Positions 16,143 to 24,007 of a stretch of 24,533 nt of DNA are shown piece after piece (position 1 is the first letter of the stretch; the number at the start of each line of letters is the position of its first letter). Source of the stretch: an uncultured archaeon. Its GTDB lineage: Archaea > Iainarchaeota > Iainarchaeia > Iainarchaeales > CSSED10-239. The stretch is from contig CAZPGO010000033.1 in NCBI GenBank assembly GCA_964586355.1, positions 1 to 24,533 on the forward strand, read 5' to 3'. The position numbers and the translations under genes were made by a program. Below the pieces are notes generated by a model. That model searched no databases and was not told where the DNA came from. It saw only the letters and a program-made list of their open reading frames with translations.

Positions 16143-17048
16143 ATGGCAATGAAATGCCCAGAATGTGGAAAAAACACAGTCTATAAGGATCCAAAAACAG
16201 GAGAACTTATTTGTAGAAATTGTCACACCATGATTAGTGAAGATATGGTTGATATGGGAAAAGAATGGAGAAGTTTTGATCAATCTCAAAGTTCTGATCA
16301 AGCAAGATCAGGATCTCCTATGAAATATGTAAAAATAAATAAAGGCCTTGAGACAATGATTGAAAGATCAGGAAGAGATCTTAGAGGTAATAAGCTTTCA
16401 TCAAAGTCAAGAGCACAAATGTATAGATTAATTAAATGGCATAAAAGATCTTCAATTTCAAACTCTATGCAAAGAAACTTGTCTATAGCATTAACTGAGC
16501 TTAGAAGAATTGGATCTTATCTAAATATTCCTGACTCTTTAATTGAGACTGCAGCTTTATTATATAGAAAAACAGTGGAAAAAGGATTGATTAGAGGAAG
16601 ATTAATTGAAGCTGTTGTTGCTGCTGTTCTTTACTCTGTTTGTAGAACATATAATGTTCCAAGAACCCTAAATGAAATGGCAGAAGCATCTGGTTTAACA
16701 AAAAAAGAAATTGGTAGGACCTATAGATTTATTGTCAAAGAACTAGATATTGCAGTACCATTAACAGATCCAACCTATTATATATCCAGATTTGTTTCTG
16801 TTTTAGGTTTATCAGGGGCTGTTGAAGAAAAAGGTAAAGAAATAGTAAAAAAAGCAATAGGTTCTGGGCTGATTTCAGGAAGAGGACCAACCGGCGTTGC
16901 AGCTGCTGCAGTGTATATTGCTGCATTAATTGAAGGCGAGAGGAGAACTCAAAAAGAAGTTGCTAATGTTGCTGGGGTTACTGAAGTAACTATTAGAAAC
17001 AGATATAGAGAGCTTAAGTCTAAATTAAAACTAAATATTGATGCTTAA
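16143..17048 (+). CDS. tfb: transcription initiation factor IIB (TFB)
   Basis: Zn ribbon CPECG...LICRNCHTMI, B-reader/linker (EWRSF...), and two cyclin-like repeats (ALTELRRIGSYLNIP...AAVLYSVCR; GRGPTGVAAAAVYIAALIEGERRTQKEVANVAGVTEVTIRNRYREL). I chose the start at ATG 16143, with GAGGTGG at 16131..16137. The track's 36-codon N-terminal extension is not homologous. Confidence 0.95.
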   Translation: MAMKCPECGKNTVYKDPKTGELICRNCHTMISEDMVDMGKEWRSFDQSQSSDQARSGSPMKYVKINKGLETMIERSGRDLRGNKLSSKSRAQMYRLIKWHKRSSISNSMQRNLSIALTELRRIGSYLNIPDSLIETAALLYRKTVEKGLIRGRLIEAVVAAVLYSVCRTYNVPRTLNEMAEASGLTKKEIGRTYRFIVKELDIAVPLTDPTYYISRFVSVLGLSGAVEEKGKEIVKKAIGSGLISGRGPTGVAAAAVYIAALIEGERRTQKEVANVAGVTEVTIRNRYRELKSKLKLNIDA

Positions 17049-17082
17049 AATTATTTTTAAGCACCTTTTTTTCTCTTTTTTT
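17043..17082 (+). terminator. hairpin plus oligo-T tract downstream of tfb
   Basis: GCTTAAAA (17043..17050) pairs perfectly with TTTTAAGC (17055..17062) across a 4-nt loop and overlaps the tfb stop. It is followed by TTTTTTTCTCTTTTTTT from about 17066. Oligo-T tracts are the usual archaeal termination signal. The stem is AT-rich, so the call is weak. Confidence 0.4.
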
Positions 17083-17169
17083 ATAATTTAAATTTTCTTT
17101 ATAATTTAAATATTTATCTATTAACTATTTAATTATAATAAACTATTATTTTGTAAAAAGGAAAAATTT

Positions 17170-17835
17170 ATGAGACCAATAGCATATTTAAGAAAGAAAA
17201 TAACCAGAAAACCAAATAAGCCAAAACAGTTAGGTTATGAGAGAAACTCAATAACTGGTAGATTAGAAAAACCAGGAACTTCTGCTTTTAATACTAAGTT
17301 GGAACTACAAAAACAAGAGAAAGCAAGTCTACTTAAAGAGTACAAAAGAAAAGAAAAAAACGATCCAAAAATAAATACCCAAAAAACAAGAGATAGAAAA
17401 ATTCAACAAGATAGAAAAATAAGTGATATTAAAGGAGAAAGAGCTTTTGATCTAAAAATAGCAGAAAAAAAAAGAAAAAAAGCTCTTAAAAAAAGACAAC
17501 TTAAAGCATGGGTTGGAAAAATTGATTCTTTATTAGCCTTATCCAAAAAAGGAACAGTTCTAGAAATTAAAGAAAAAACTTTTCATGAAATTTTTGGTGT
17601 TGAAATAGATGCTATAAAAAAATCTTTTGTTTCTCCCTCATTAAAAAAATCTAGATATAACTATTTACATGAACTTTTTACTGCTGATTTTTTTAGTGTT
17701 TTCCATAAATCTTTTGTTCCTACAAATATGGCAAATATGAGTGCTAAAGACGCTATTTATTTTATAGAAAGTGTTTCTAAAAAAGCTAAGCAAAGAAAAG
17801 CAAAGATCTATAAAGAGTTTAGAGAAAATATATAA
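17170..17835 (+). CDS. highly basic Lys/Arg-rich protein, hypothetical
   Basis: 221-aa ORF with an ATG start and no competing ORF. The N-terminal two-thirds are K/R/Q-rich and low-complexity; the C-terminal ~90 aa appear globular. No family recognised. Confidence 0.6.
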   Translation: MRPIAYLRKKITRKPNKPKQLGYERNSITGRLEKPGTSAFNTKLELQKQEKASLLKEYKRKEKNDPKINTQKTRDRKIQQDRKISDIKGERAFDLKIAEKKRKKALKKRQLKAWVGKIDSLLALSKKGTVLEIKEKTFHEIFGVEIDAIKKSFVSPSLKKSRYNYLHELFTADFFSVFHKSFVPTNMANMSAKDAIYFIESVSKKAKQRKAKIYKEFRENI

Positions 17836-17853
17836 TTTCTTTATAGGTTTTTC

Positions 17854-17874
17854 CTTTGTATTACAAAGTATTAC
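17854..17874 (+). promoter_or_regulatory. operator-like palindrome and 10-bp-spaced direct repeat upstream of the PIN/UPF0175-like gene
   Basis: CTTTGTA-T-TACAAAG is a perfect inverted repeat (17854..17868). GTATTAC occurs twice, at 17858..17864 and 17868..17874, exactly 10 bp apart and 31-47 nt upstream of ATG 17905. Function is inferred only. Confidence 0.3.
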
Positions 17875-17904
17875 GGTTAAATATATTTCGCATCAGATCT
17901 ATTT

Positions 17905-18525
17905 ATGGTAATAGTAAAAGCAAAACTAAAAGCTGTTGTGGATGCTTCCTTTTGGATTCATTTAGTAAAACTTAATTTAGTTGAAGAGTTTATAAAATTA
18001 TGGGCTGTGGTTGTAACCAAAAAAGTAGAGTTGGAATTATTTACTTTTGCTAGAATAAAACTATACACTCCTTTAGATTTAGATATTTATAATGATTTAA
18101 AATCAAAAGAAATTATTAAAATTAAAGATCCAAAATCAATACCAAAAGATATTAATTCTCAGATTACTAATCATTCTGGAGAACTATATAGTATAGCGCT
18201 TGCAAAAGAAGAAAATCTAATAGAGTCTGATTTTTTAAGGAAGTTAATTGAAAAAAGGCTTAAGGAAAATAGACTTGGCATGGCCTTAAGAGCCTATGAA
18301 AAAAAAGAAGTTAATATTGCTGGTGGTGCAAAGATTGCGGGAATAACATATAGAGCGTTTCTTGATGCTTTAGAAGAAAATGGAATTCCAACAATGGAAA
18401 TAAGTCATGACACCATAAAATACGGTTTTGAATCAATGGAAAGATCTCTAGGTTTAAAACCAAAGAAAAGAGACTATAATAAACTTTATGAAGATATATT
18501 AATTAAGAAGGGGAAGAAAAAATGA
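17905..18525 (+). CDS. fusion-like protein: N-terminal half of a DUF3368-type PIN domain joined to a UPF0175 (antitoxin-like HTH) domain
   Basis: The N-terminal AVVDASFWIHLVKLNLVEEF...VVTKKVELEL...SGELYSIALAKEENLI resembles the first half of DUF3368 PIN-like toxins (first Asp and the GE motif are present). The expected LLxDDxxAR...GxxGvL half is missing. It is replaced by LGMALRAYEKKEVNIAGGAKIAGITYRAFLDALEENGIP, which resembles UPF0175 antitoxins. Its stop overlaps the trxB start (ATGA at 18522..18525). Confidence 0.5.
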   Translation: MVIVKAKLKAVVDASFWIHLVKLNLVEEFIKLWAVVVTKKVELELFTFARIKLYTPLDLDIYNDLKSKEIIKIKDPKSIPKDINSQITNHSGELYSIALAKEENLIESDFLRKLIEKRLKENRLGMALRAYEKKEVNIAGGAKIAGITYRAFLDALEENGIPTMEISHDTIKYGFESMERSLGLKPKKRDYNKLYEDILIKKGKKK

Positions 18526-19433
18526 ATGAAAATATTTATGATCTTGCAATTATTGGTGGCGGTCCTGCTGGGCTAACTGCTGCAATTTATGGTAAAAGAT
18601 ATGGATTAAATACAGTTGTACTATCAGACTCTTTTGGAGGAATGATGTCAACAGCGCATAAGATATGTAATTATCCTGGGTTTAATGAGGTTGCTGGTAT
18701 GGATCTTTCTCAAAAGATGATAGATCAAGTAACTTCTCTAGAGGTTGAGATTGTTTTTGAGAAGGTTATTGATGTTATTAATAATAGTTCTTTTTTTGTT
18801 GTAAACACAGATCAAAGAACCATAAAAGCAAAAAAAATAATACTAGCAATTGGTAGAGCAAGAAGAAAGTTAAATATTAAAAGAGAAGAAGAATTAACTG
18901 GTAAAGGAGTAAGCTACTGTGCTACTTGTGATGCTGGTTTTTATAAAGAAAAAGTTGTTGGAGTAATCGGTGGTTCTGATGCTGCAGTTACTGCTGCTAT
19001 TATGCTTTCAGAAATTGCAAAAAAAGTATATGTTATTTATAGAAAAGACCAACTAAGAGCAGAAAAAGTTTGGATAGATCAAGTAAACAATAATAAGAAA
19101 ATAGAAGTGCTTTATAATCAAGAAGTAAAAGAGCTACTAGGAAAAGAAAAGCTAGAAAAGATAAAATTATTAGAAGATAAAGAACTAGATGTTGACGGTA
19201 TTTTTATAGAAATAGGGTCAATTCCAAATACAGAGTTGTTGAAAAAAATAGCTGTGGAAATAGATGAAAATGGATATATAAAAGTCAATAAGGATCAAAA
19301 AACAAATGTTTCTGGAATCTATGCTTCTGGCGACTCTACAGACTCAAGCACCCTTAAGCAAGTGGTAACTGCTTGTTCTCAAGGTGCTATTTGTGCTTAT
19401 AACTGTTATTTAGATATTAAAGAAAACAAATAG
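18522..19433 (+). CDS. trxB: thioredoxin-disulfide reductase (low-Mr type)
   Basis: FAD motif YDLAIIGGGPAGLTAAIYG, redox-active CATC (SYCATCDAGFY), second dinucleotide fold VGVIGGSDAAVTAA, and C-terminal GIYASGD. Confidence 0.92.
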   Translation: MNENIYDLAIIGGGPAGLTAAIYGKRYGLNTVVLSDSFGGMMSTAHKICNYPGFNEVAGMDLSQKMIDQVTSLEVEIVFEKVIDVINNSSFFVVNTDQRTIKAKKIILAIGRARRKLNIKREEELTGKGVSYCATCDAGFYKEKVVGVIGGSDAAVTAAIMLSEIAKKVYVIYRKDQLRAEKVWIDQVNNNKKIEVLYNQEVKELLGKEKLEKIKLLEDKELDVDGIFIEIGSIPNTELLKKIAVEIDENGYIKVNKDQKTNVSGIYASGDSTDSSTLKQVVTACSQGAICAYNCYLDIKENK

Positions 19434-19576
19434 TTTTTTTTAATTTTTTAAATAATTATACTTATTTTCTTTAAAAAAACAACTTTTTTTTTAAAACATT
19501 AGCTTTAAATAAACAACCTTAGCTTATAATATTTATAAGTAAATGTAAGAATTATTATAAATAAAGGTGTATAAAA

Positions 19577-20263
19577 ATGCCAGAAGAAAATACATTAAAA
19601 CTAGCAAAGATCTTTGAATCGTTTAATAAGAATCTTTATAAGACTAATAAGATCACAGAACTATATATCCCATTAGTAGAAATATTTGAAAACCTGTCAA
19701 AAGATATAGAAGTTATTAATGCAGTTCATGAAAAAGAACCATTATTAGATAAGCATCTAGAAGAAGAGATAAAAAAAAGAGAGCTTATTCCATTATATAA
19801 AAAAATGCACATCTTAATAAAACAAATAAAACAAGATATTAATACTTTTGAAGAAGAACTAAAAGATGGAGATAAGCTTTTAGAACATTTTAGATCACAC
19901 AGAAAAATTGTTTTTGAAAATGCAAAAAAGTCTAGAGAGTTTATGACTAAGATAATAGACTCCTTTAATATTTCAGAATTTGTATTAAAGTTTAATGTTG
20001 TAGGGACAATTGATCTAAACACCATAGCAACACACATAGAAGGCAGAAAAGTTGGTACTGATATTGTTGTTTCTGCAAATAATCTTGAACTAATTTATGA
20101 AGAAGTATTAAAATCTAATAATCTTAAATTTAGACTAGTTTCTGAAAGTATAGTAATCTATTTTGAAAAAGATAATATTTTGGTAATAGATGGCTCAAGT
20201 AAAAAAGTAAAGATCTGTGATCTTGCTGCTGAAGAGTTTGGTGGAAAATTGGTTGAGGAATAG
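19577..20263 (+). CDS. hypothetical protein (helical N-terminal half, mixed alpha/beta C-terminal half)
   Basis: 228-aa ORF with AAGGTG 8 nt upstream of the ATG. It is convergent with the HerA-like ATPase gene (21-nt gap). No family confidently recognised; see the findings for a weak TBP-like resemblance. Confidence 0.65.
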   Translation: MPEENTLKLAKIFESFNKNLYKTNKITELYIPLVEIFENLSKDIEVINAVHEKEPLLDKHLEEEIKKRELIPLYKKMHILIKQIKQDINTFEEELKDGDKLLEHFRSHRKIVFENAKKSREFMTKIIDSFNISEFVLKFNVVGTIDLNTIATHIEGRKVGTDIVVSANNLELIYEEVLKSNNLKFRLVSESIVIYFEKDNILVIDGSSKKVKICDLAAEEFGGKLVEE

Positions 20264-20284
20264 TTATTATTTCAAAAAAAAATT

Positions 20285-21586
20285 TTATTCCACAAAAACA
20301 TTAGCAGTCTTTCCACCATCCCAAGTTTCTCTTGGTCTGATTTTTATTAACATTACTTTTTCTGAGTTATCATCAACAACAATAGCATAACCTTGATCCT
20401 TTGGCATCTGTGCATAGAATTTATCCATGGGTACATTTAGATAACTTGGTCTTATAGAACTAACAGCCATAATATCCTCTTGAGCAGTCATTCTCATACT
20501 CAAAAAGAAATCACATTGTGAAATTGCTTCACTATGTAGCTTGTTTGGTCTTTGTGTTGCTAAAAGTAAGGACAAGCCAGGTTGTCTACCAACCCTAATC
20601 CATTGAAGTAAAACATCTAAGGCCATAGATGGTCTGTCTGACGGCATAAACATATGTGCTTCATCTATCATCATCCAAACAATAGGCATCTCACTTTCTT
20701 TTCTTTTGCCAGATAATAGATTCATTTCTTCTTCTTTTCTGTAAAGCATACGCTCTTCATATAATCTTTTACCTAAGATGCCCACAATTAGTTCGTGTAT
20801 GGATTCCATGCCTATAGATTGTTTATATGTGCTAACATCAATAACAGTAATTTTACCAGGAGCTGCAAACTCTTTAGTGGTTGTTCCAGTTTTTGAAAAT
20901 AGACCCCAGGATTTTGCAACAAGTAGTCTGTTTGCTAAAGAGTTTTTAATTTCTTTAGTAAATTCTGTGTCTTTTTGAGACATATTTATAATATCATCAA
21001 TATCATATAAATTTCCAACCTTTTGTCTTATACTTTCTAAGGTTCTTGAAAGTAAGGAACTTTCTTGATCTCTCCAAGTTAATCTAAAAATACCAAGCCA
21101 ATCTTCAGTATCCATCTGTGAAGTCTTGATAGTAAAGTATCCATCATGAGGTAGCTTTTTTTCTACATAGAAATCCTTTTTACCAAGTGGTACTAAATTT
21201 CTAATATCTTGACCTTCTGGAGAAACATCCCATTTTTTTAAAAGTTCAGCATCTTCTTTGTTTGGGTATTTCATAGTCCAAAAGATGCCTACAGTATCAA
21301 TAATTAAAACAGATAATCTTTCTTTTATTTCAAATGGTTGTTTACAAAATTCCTCTATTAATACTGACATTGTGTACGATTTTCCACCACCACGCTTTCC
21401 ACAAACAATGGCAACATGAGATCTTGCAAGATCCATAAGTACTTTTTTGCCAAGAACAGGATCTTCTCCACTAGAGACAACTACTTTACCTATATACCCT
21501 GTAGCTTTTTTTCCATATTTTTTTTGCTGGCTTGAAACTCTTCCAAGAACAATTTCTTCGGTTTCAAAATTAAATCCTTTTTCCAT
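20285..21586 (-). CDS. HerA/FtsK-clade (DUF87-type) P-loop ATPase
   Basis: Intact Walker A VAIVCGKRGGGKSYTM, LIIDTVGIF, Walker B IVWMMIDEAHMFMP, and the HerA-type LLLATQRPNKLHSEAISQCDFFLSMRM (Arg finger/sensor region). 433 aa. It lies 6 nt downstream of a polytopic membrane protein gene on the same strand. Confidence 0.85.
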   Translation of the reverse strand: MEKGFNFETEEIVLGRVSSQQKKYGKKATGYIGKVVVSSGEDPVLGKKVLMDLARSHVAIVCGKRGGGKSYTMSVLIEEFCKQPFEIKERLSVLIIDTVGIFWTMKYPNKEDAELLKKWDVSPEGQDIRNLVPLGKKDFYVEKKLPHDGYFTIKTSQMDTEDWLGIFRLTWRDQESSLLSRTLESIRQKVGNLYDIDDIINMSQKDTEFTKEIKNSLANRLLVAKSWGLFSKTGTTTKEFAAPGKITVIDVSTYKQSIGMESIHELIVGILGKRLYEERMLYRKEEEMNLLSGKRKESEMPIVWMMIDEAHMFMPSDRPSMALDVLLQWIRVGRQPGLSLLLATQRPNKLHSEAISQCDFFLSMRMTAQEDIMAVSSIRPSYLNVPMDKFYAQMPKDQGYAIVVDDNSEKVMLIKIRPRETWDGGKTANVFVE

Positions 21587-21592
21587 AAATTA

Positions 21593-22285
21593 TCATCTAA
21601 AAATTACCTTTTTGTATGTGTTTTTTATTTCATTTAATGCTGATTTTATTGTTGAGTACACTAAATATAAGCTTGTAACTATTAATAAGATATATGCTAT
21701 TATAATAAAAACATAAGAGACTAATTGAAAATTAATCAAGAAAACAAAAAATATTTTACTAAGAAATATTTGTATAAAAACACCACTAATAATTAAAATT
21801 AGTGTTAGATACAAAAAAAAAGAGTCCTCTTTTTTAAAAGGATTAACATTTAAAAAAATGTTTTTTTTATTTTTTTCAAAAAACAAGTTTGCTAGTTTTA
21901 TTATTATATATATTATAAGTTTTAGGCCAAGAGTAGAAAATACAATAAATGCTAAAAAATAGAACACTAGAGGTATAAGTTCAACAAATAGTTTTATTTG
22001 TCCTAAAAATGGGCTGGTTAATAAAAAAGCATGATCTAAACCATAGTTTACTCCAACAATCAAATAAGTAAATGGAATTGCAGCTTGTGTTAGTGCTAAA
22101 TTAGTTGTCTCAAAAAAAACCTCTTTAAAATTAGTAGTACTTTTTAAAAAATAGGTGCTGGTTGTGTTTATTTCTGGAGCTACAAAAGATCCACTAACAC
22201 TTAATAAAACACCAATAACTATTCCTACAAAATATGCAATTCCAAAAGTGGCGGCTATAAATTTATAATAAGTATCAACATTCAT
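21593..22285 (-). CDS. polytopic membrane protein (5-6 TM), hypothetical; faint SpoIIM/DUF95-like pattern
   Basis: 230-aa ORF with hydrophobic helices throughout and a short basic tail. The segment FFETTNLALTQAAIPFTYLIVGVNYGLDHAF loosely recalls the N..a....G....NG..G pattern of DUF95/SpoIIM proteins; that assignment has low confidence. It is co-operonic with the ATPase. Confidence 0.65.
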   Translation of the reverse strand: MNVDTYYKFIAATFGIAYFVGIVIGVLLSVSGSFVAPEINTTSTYFLKSTTNFKEVFFETTNLALTQAAIPFTYLIVGVNYGLDHAFLLTSPFLGQIKLFVELIPLVFYFLAFIVFSTLGLKLIIYIIIKLANLFFEKNKKNIFLNVNPFKKEDSFFLYLTLILIISGVFIQIFLSKIFFVFLINFQLVSYVFIIIAYILLIVTSLYLVYSTIKSALNEIKNTYKKVIFR

Positions 22286-22349
22286 ACTTAAAATATATTA
22301 TACAACTCTTTTAAAAAATAACTATTTTTAAAATAAAAAGAAAAAAGAA

Positions 22350-22634
22350 CTAGTTTGAAGTTAATTCAACCTTTTTCATTTTTTTTGGTATTACAAAATA
22401 ATGTTTTGCTTTACAAACAGAACATTCAGCAACGAATGTTGGCTTTTTATTTTGTTTTTTAACTGTTGCTATGTGTTTAGCCATACCACCATAGCCTTTC
22501 TTATGTTTTTCAATATTTTTTCTGGTTCCTAGAGAGGTTTTTCTTGCAGCTCTAGACTTGTATAATGTTAATTTGTGTGTTTCATGTTTTTTACATTTTT
22601 TACAGTATGTTTTAATTGTTTTTGGTAGTTCCAT
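22350..22634 (-). CDS. rpl44e: ribosomal protein L44e (eL42)
   Basis: MELPKTIKTYCKKCKKHETHKL...RKNIEKHKKGYGG...CSVCKAKHY shows the Zn-ribbon CxxC...CxxC and KGYGG motif typical of L44e. I chose the start at ATG 22634, not the track start at 22667. Confidence 0.9.
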   Translation of the reverse strand: MELPKTIKTYCKKCKKHETHKLTLYKSRAARKTSLGTRKNIEKHKKGYGGMAKHIATVKKQNKKPTFVAECSVCKAKHYFVIPKKMKKVELTSN

Positions 22635-22776
22635 AATAATTCCCTTTTTTATTTTAATAATGCACAAATTTTTATAAAAATGAGGTGTTTTTTTTAAATA
22701 TATAATATATTTATAGTAGTATATTTATTTAAAAAGATTGCTTTAAAACATATAAGTAGAGAAAGAATGAAAAAAA

Positions 22777-24000
22777 GTGATCATTTTGGTAAATTTAAAT
22801 AAATATAGAAAAGCTTTTTCAATAATAAAAAAAAATAAGATCGTTTATTTTGATAATGCTGCTACTAGTCTTAAACCAAGACCAGTTATTGATAAAATGA
22901 ATTATTATTATGAGAATTGTCCTGCTAATATTCATAGAGGAATACATCAATTATCACAAGAAGCTTCAGTAATCTACCAAGAAACTCATGAAAAATTATC
23001 ACAATTTTTTAATTGTAAACCAGAAGAGGTAATTTTAACTAATAATAGTACAGATTCATTAAATCAGATCATGTATATGCTTTATAACTCCAATTATTTT
23101 AAAAAAGGAGACGAAATAATAACAACAGTTTATGAGCATCATGCAAATATTGTTCCTTGGCAGTTTTTAGCAAAAAAACTAGGGCTTATTTTAAAATTTG
23201 TAGAAATTAATAAAGAGTATACTATGGATCTTGAAGATCTAGAAAAAAAAATAACCAAAAAAACAAAACTAATAACAGTTGCACATATTTCAAATACTAC
23301 TGGAGTAATTGCACCTATTAAAAAGATTTCAGAAATTGCAAAAAAAAATAATTGTTTGTTTGTAATTGATGGTTCACAGTCAGCCCCTCATATAAAAATA
23401 GACTTTAAAAAAACAGGTGCTGATTTTTTTGTGTGTACTGCTCACAAGATGTTAGGCCCAACTGGTGTGGGGTTATTAATAGGGAAAAAAGAGCTTTTAG
23501 AGAAGTTTTCTCCTGTAAGGTTTGGGGGAGATATGATAAAGCACGTTACTTTTAAAAACTCTACCTGGAATGATCTGCCCTATAAATTTGAAGCAGGAAC
23601 TCCTAATATCTCAGGAGCTTTTGGTTTTTCTTCTGCTGTTGAGTATTTAGAGATGGTTGGGTTAGATAATATTTTAAAACAGGATAAAAAGTTGTTAGAT
23701 TATGCTATTAACGAGATCTTAAAAATAGAAGATATTGTTTGTTATAATCCTCTAGACAGTAAGAAACAAGGACCAATACTTTTATTTAATTTAAAAGGAA
23801 TAAACTGTAGAGAACTAAGTACACTTTTAGATCAAACCAAAAATATTGCAACAAGAGCAGGGATGCATTGTGCTGAGCCTATTGTATCTAGGTTTGATAA
23901 AAATGGTGTAACTAGAGCTTCTTTTTATTTTTATAATACTAAAAAAGAAATTGATGTTTTTATTGACACATTAAAATTTATAAATAAAAAAATAAAATGA
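22777..24000 (+). CDS. sufS: cysteine desulfurase (class V aminotransferase, SufS/CsdA-like)
   Basis: VYFDNAATSLKP...NIHRGIHQLS, the PLP-Lys region FVCTAHKMLGPTGVGLL, and the catalytic Cys loop TRAGMHCAEP. The apparent start is GTG at 22777; the nearby ATG at 22767 is out of frame. No sufBCDE genes occur in the window. Confidence 0.88.
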   Translation: MIILVNLNKYRKAFSIIKKNKIVYFDNAATSLKPRPVIDKMNYYYENCPANIHRGIHQLSQEASVIYQETHEKLSQFFNCKPEEVILTNNSTDSLNQIMYMLYNSNYFKKGDEIITTVYEHHANIVPWQFLAKKLGLILKFVEINKEYTMDLEDLEKKITKKTKLITVAHISNTTGVIAPIKKISEIAKKNNCLFVIDGSQSAPHIKIDFKKTGADFFVCTAHKMLGPTGVGLLIGKKELLEKFSPVRFGGDMIKHVTFKNSTWNDLPYKFEAGTPNISGAFGFSSAVEYLEMVGLDNILKQDKKLLDYAINEILKIEDIVCYNPLDSKKQGPILLFNLKGINCRELSTLLDQTKNIATRAGMHCAEPIVSRFDKNGVTRASFYFYNTKKEIDVFIDTLKFINKKIK

Positions 24001-24007
24001 TCTGTAA

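Noticed and set aside
16095-16926. Track ORFs 16095..16301 (-) and 16735..16926 (-)
   Set aside because: They lie antisense to tfb, one of the most secure calls in the window.
19038-19061. TrxR NADPH-specificity motif reads YRKDQLRA instead of the E. coli-type HRRDxFRA, hinting at altered cofactor use
   Set aside because: Two basic residues are retained, so the 2'-phosphate contact could persist. The sequence alone does not support claiming NADH or another donor.
19523-19539. Inverted repeat CTTATAA-TAT-TTATAAG upstream of the 19577 gene
   Set aside because: It is made purely of A/T in a TATA-like promoter region, so it is expected by chance at this composition. More likely it is just a TATA box or AT-rich spacer.
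19726-21716. Track ORFs 19726..20037 (-), 20778..20978 (+) and 21447..21716 (+)
   Set aside because: Each lies antisense within a longer ORF with better coding character; the latter two lie opposite the Walker-motif ATPase and the membrane protein.
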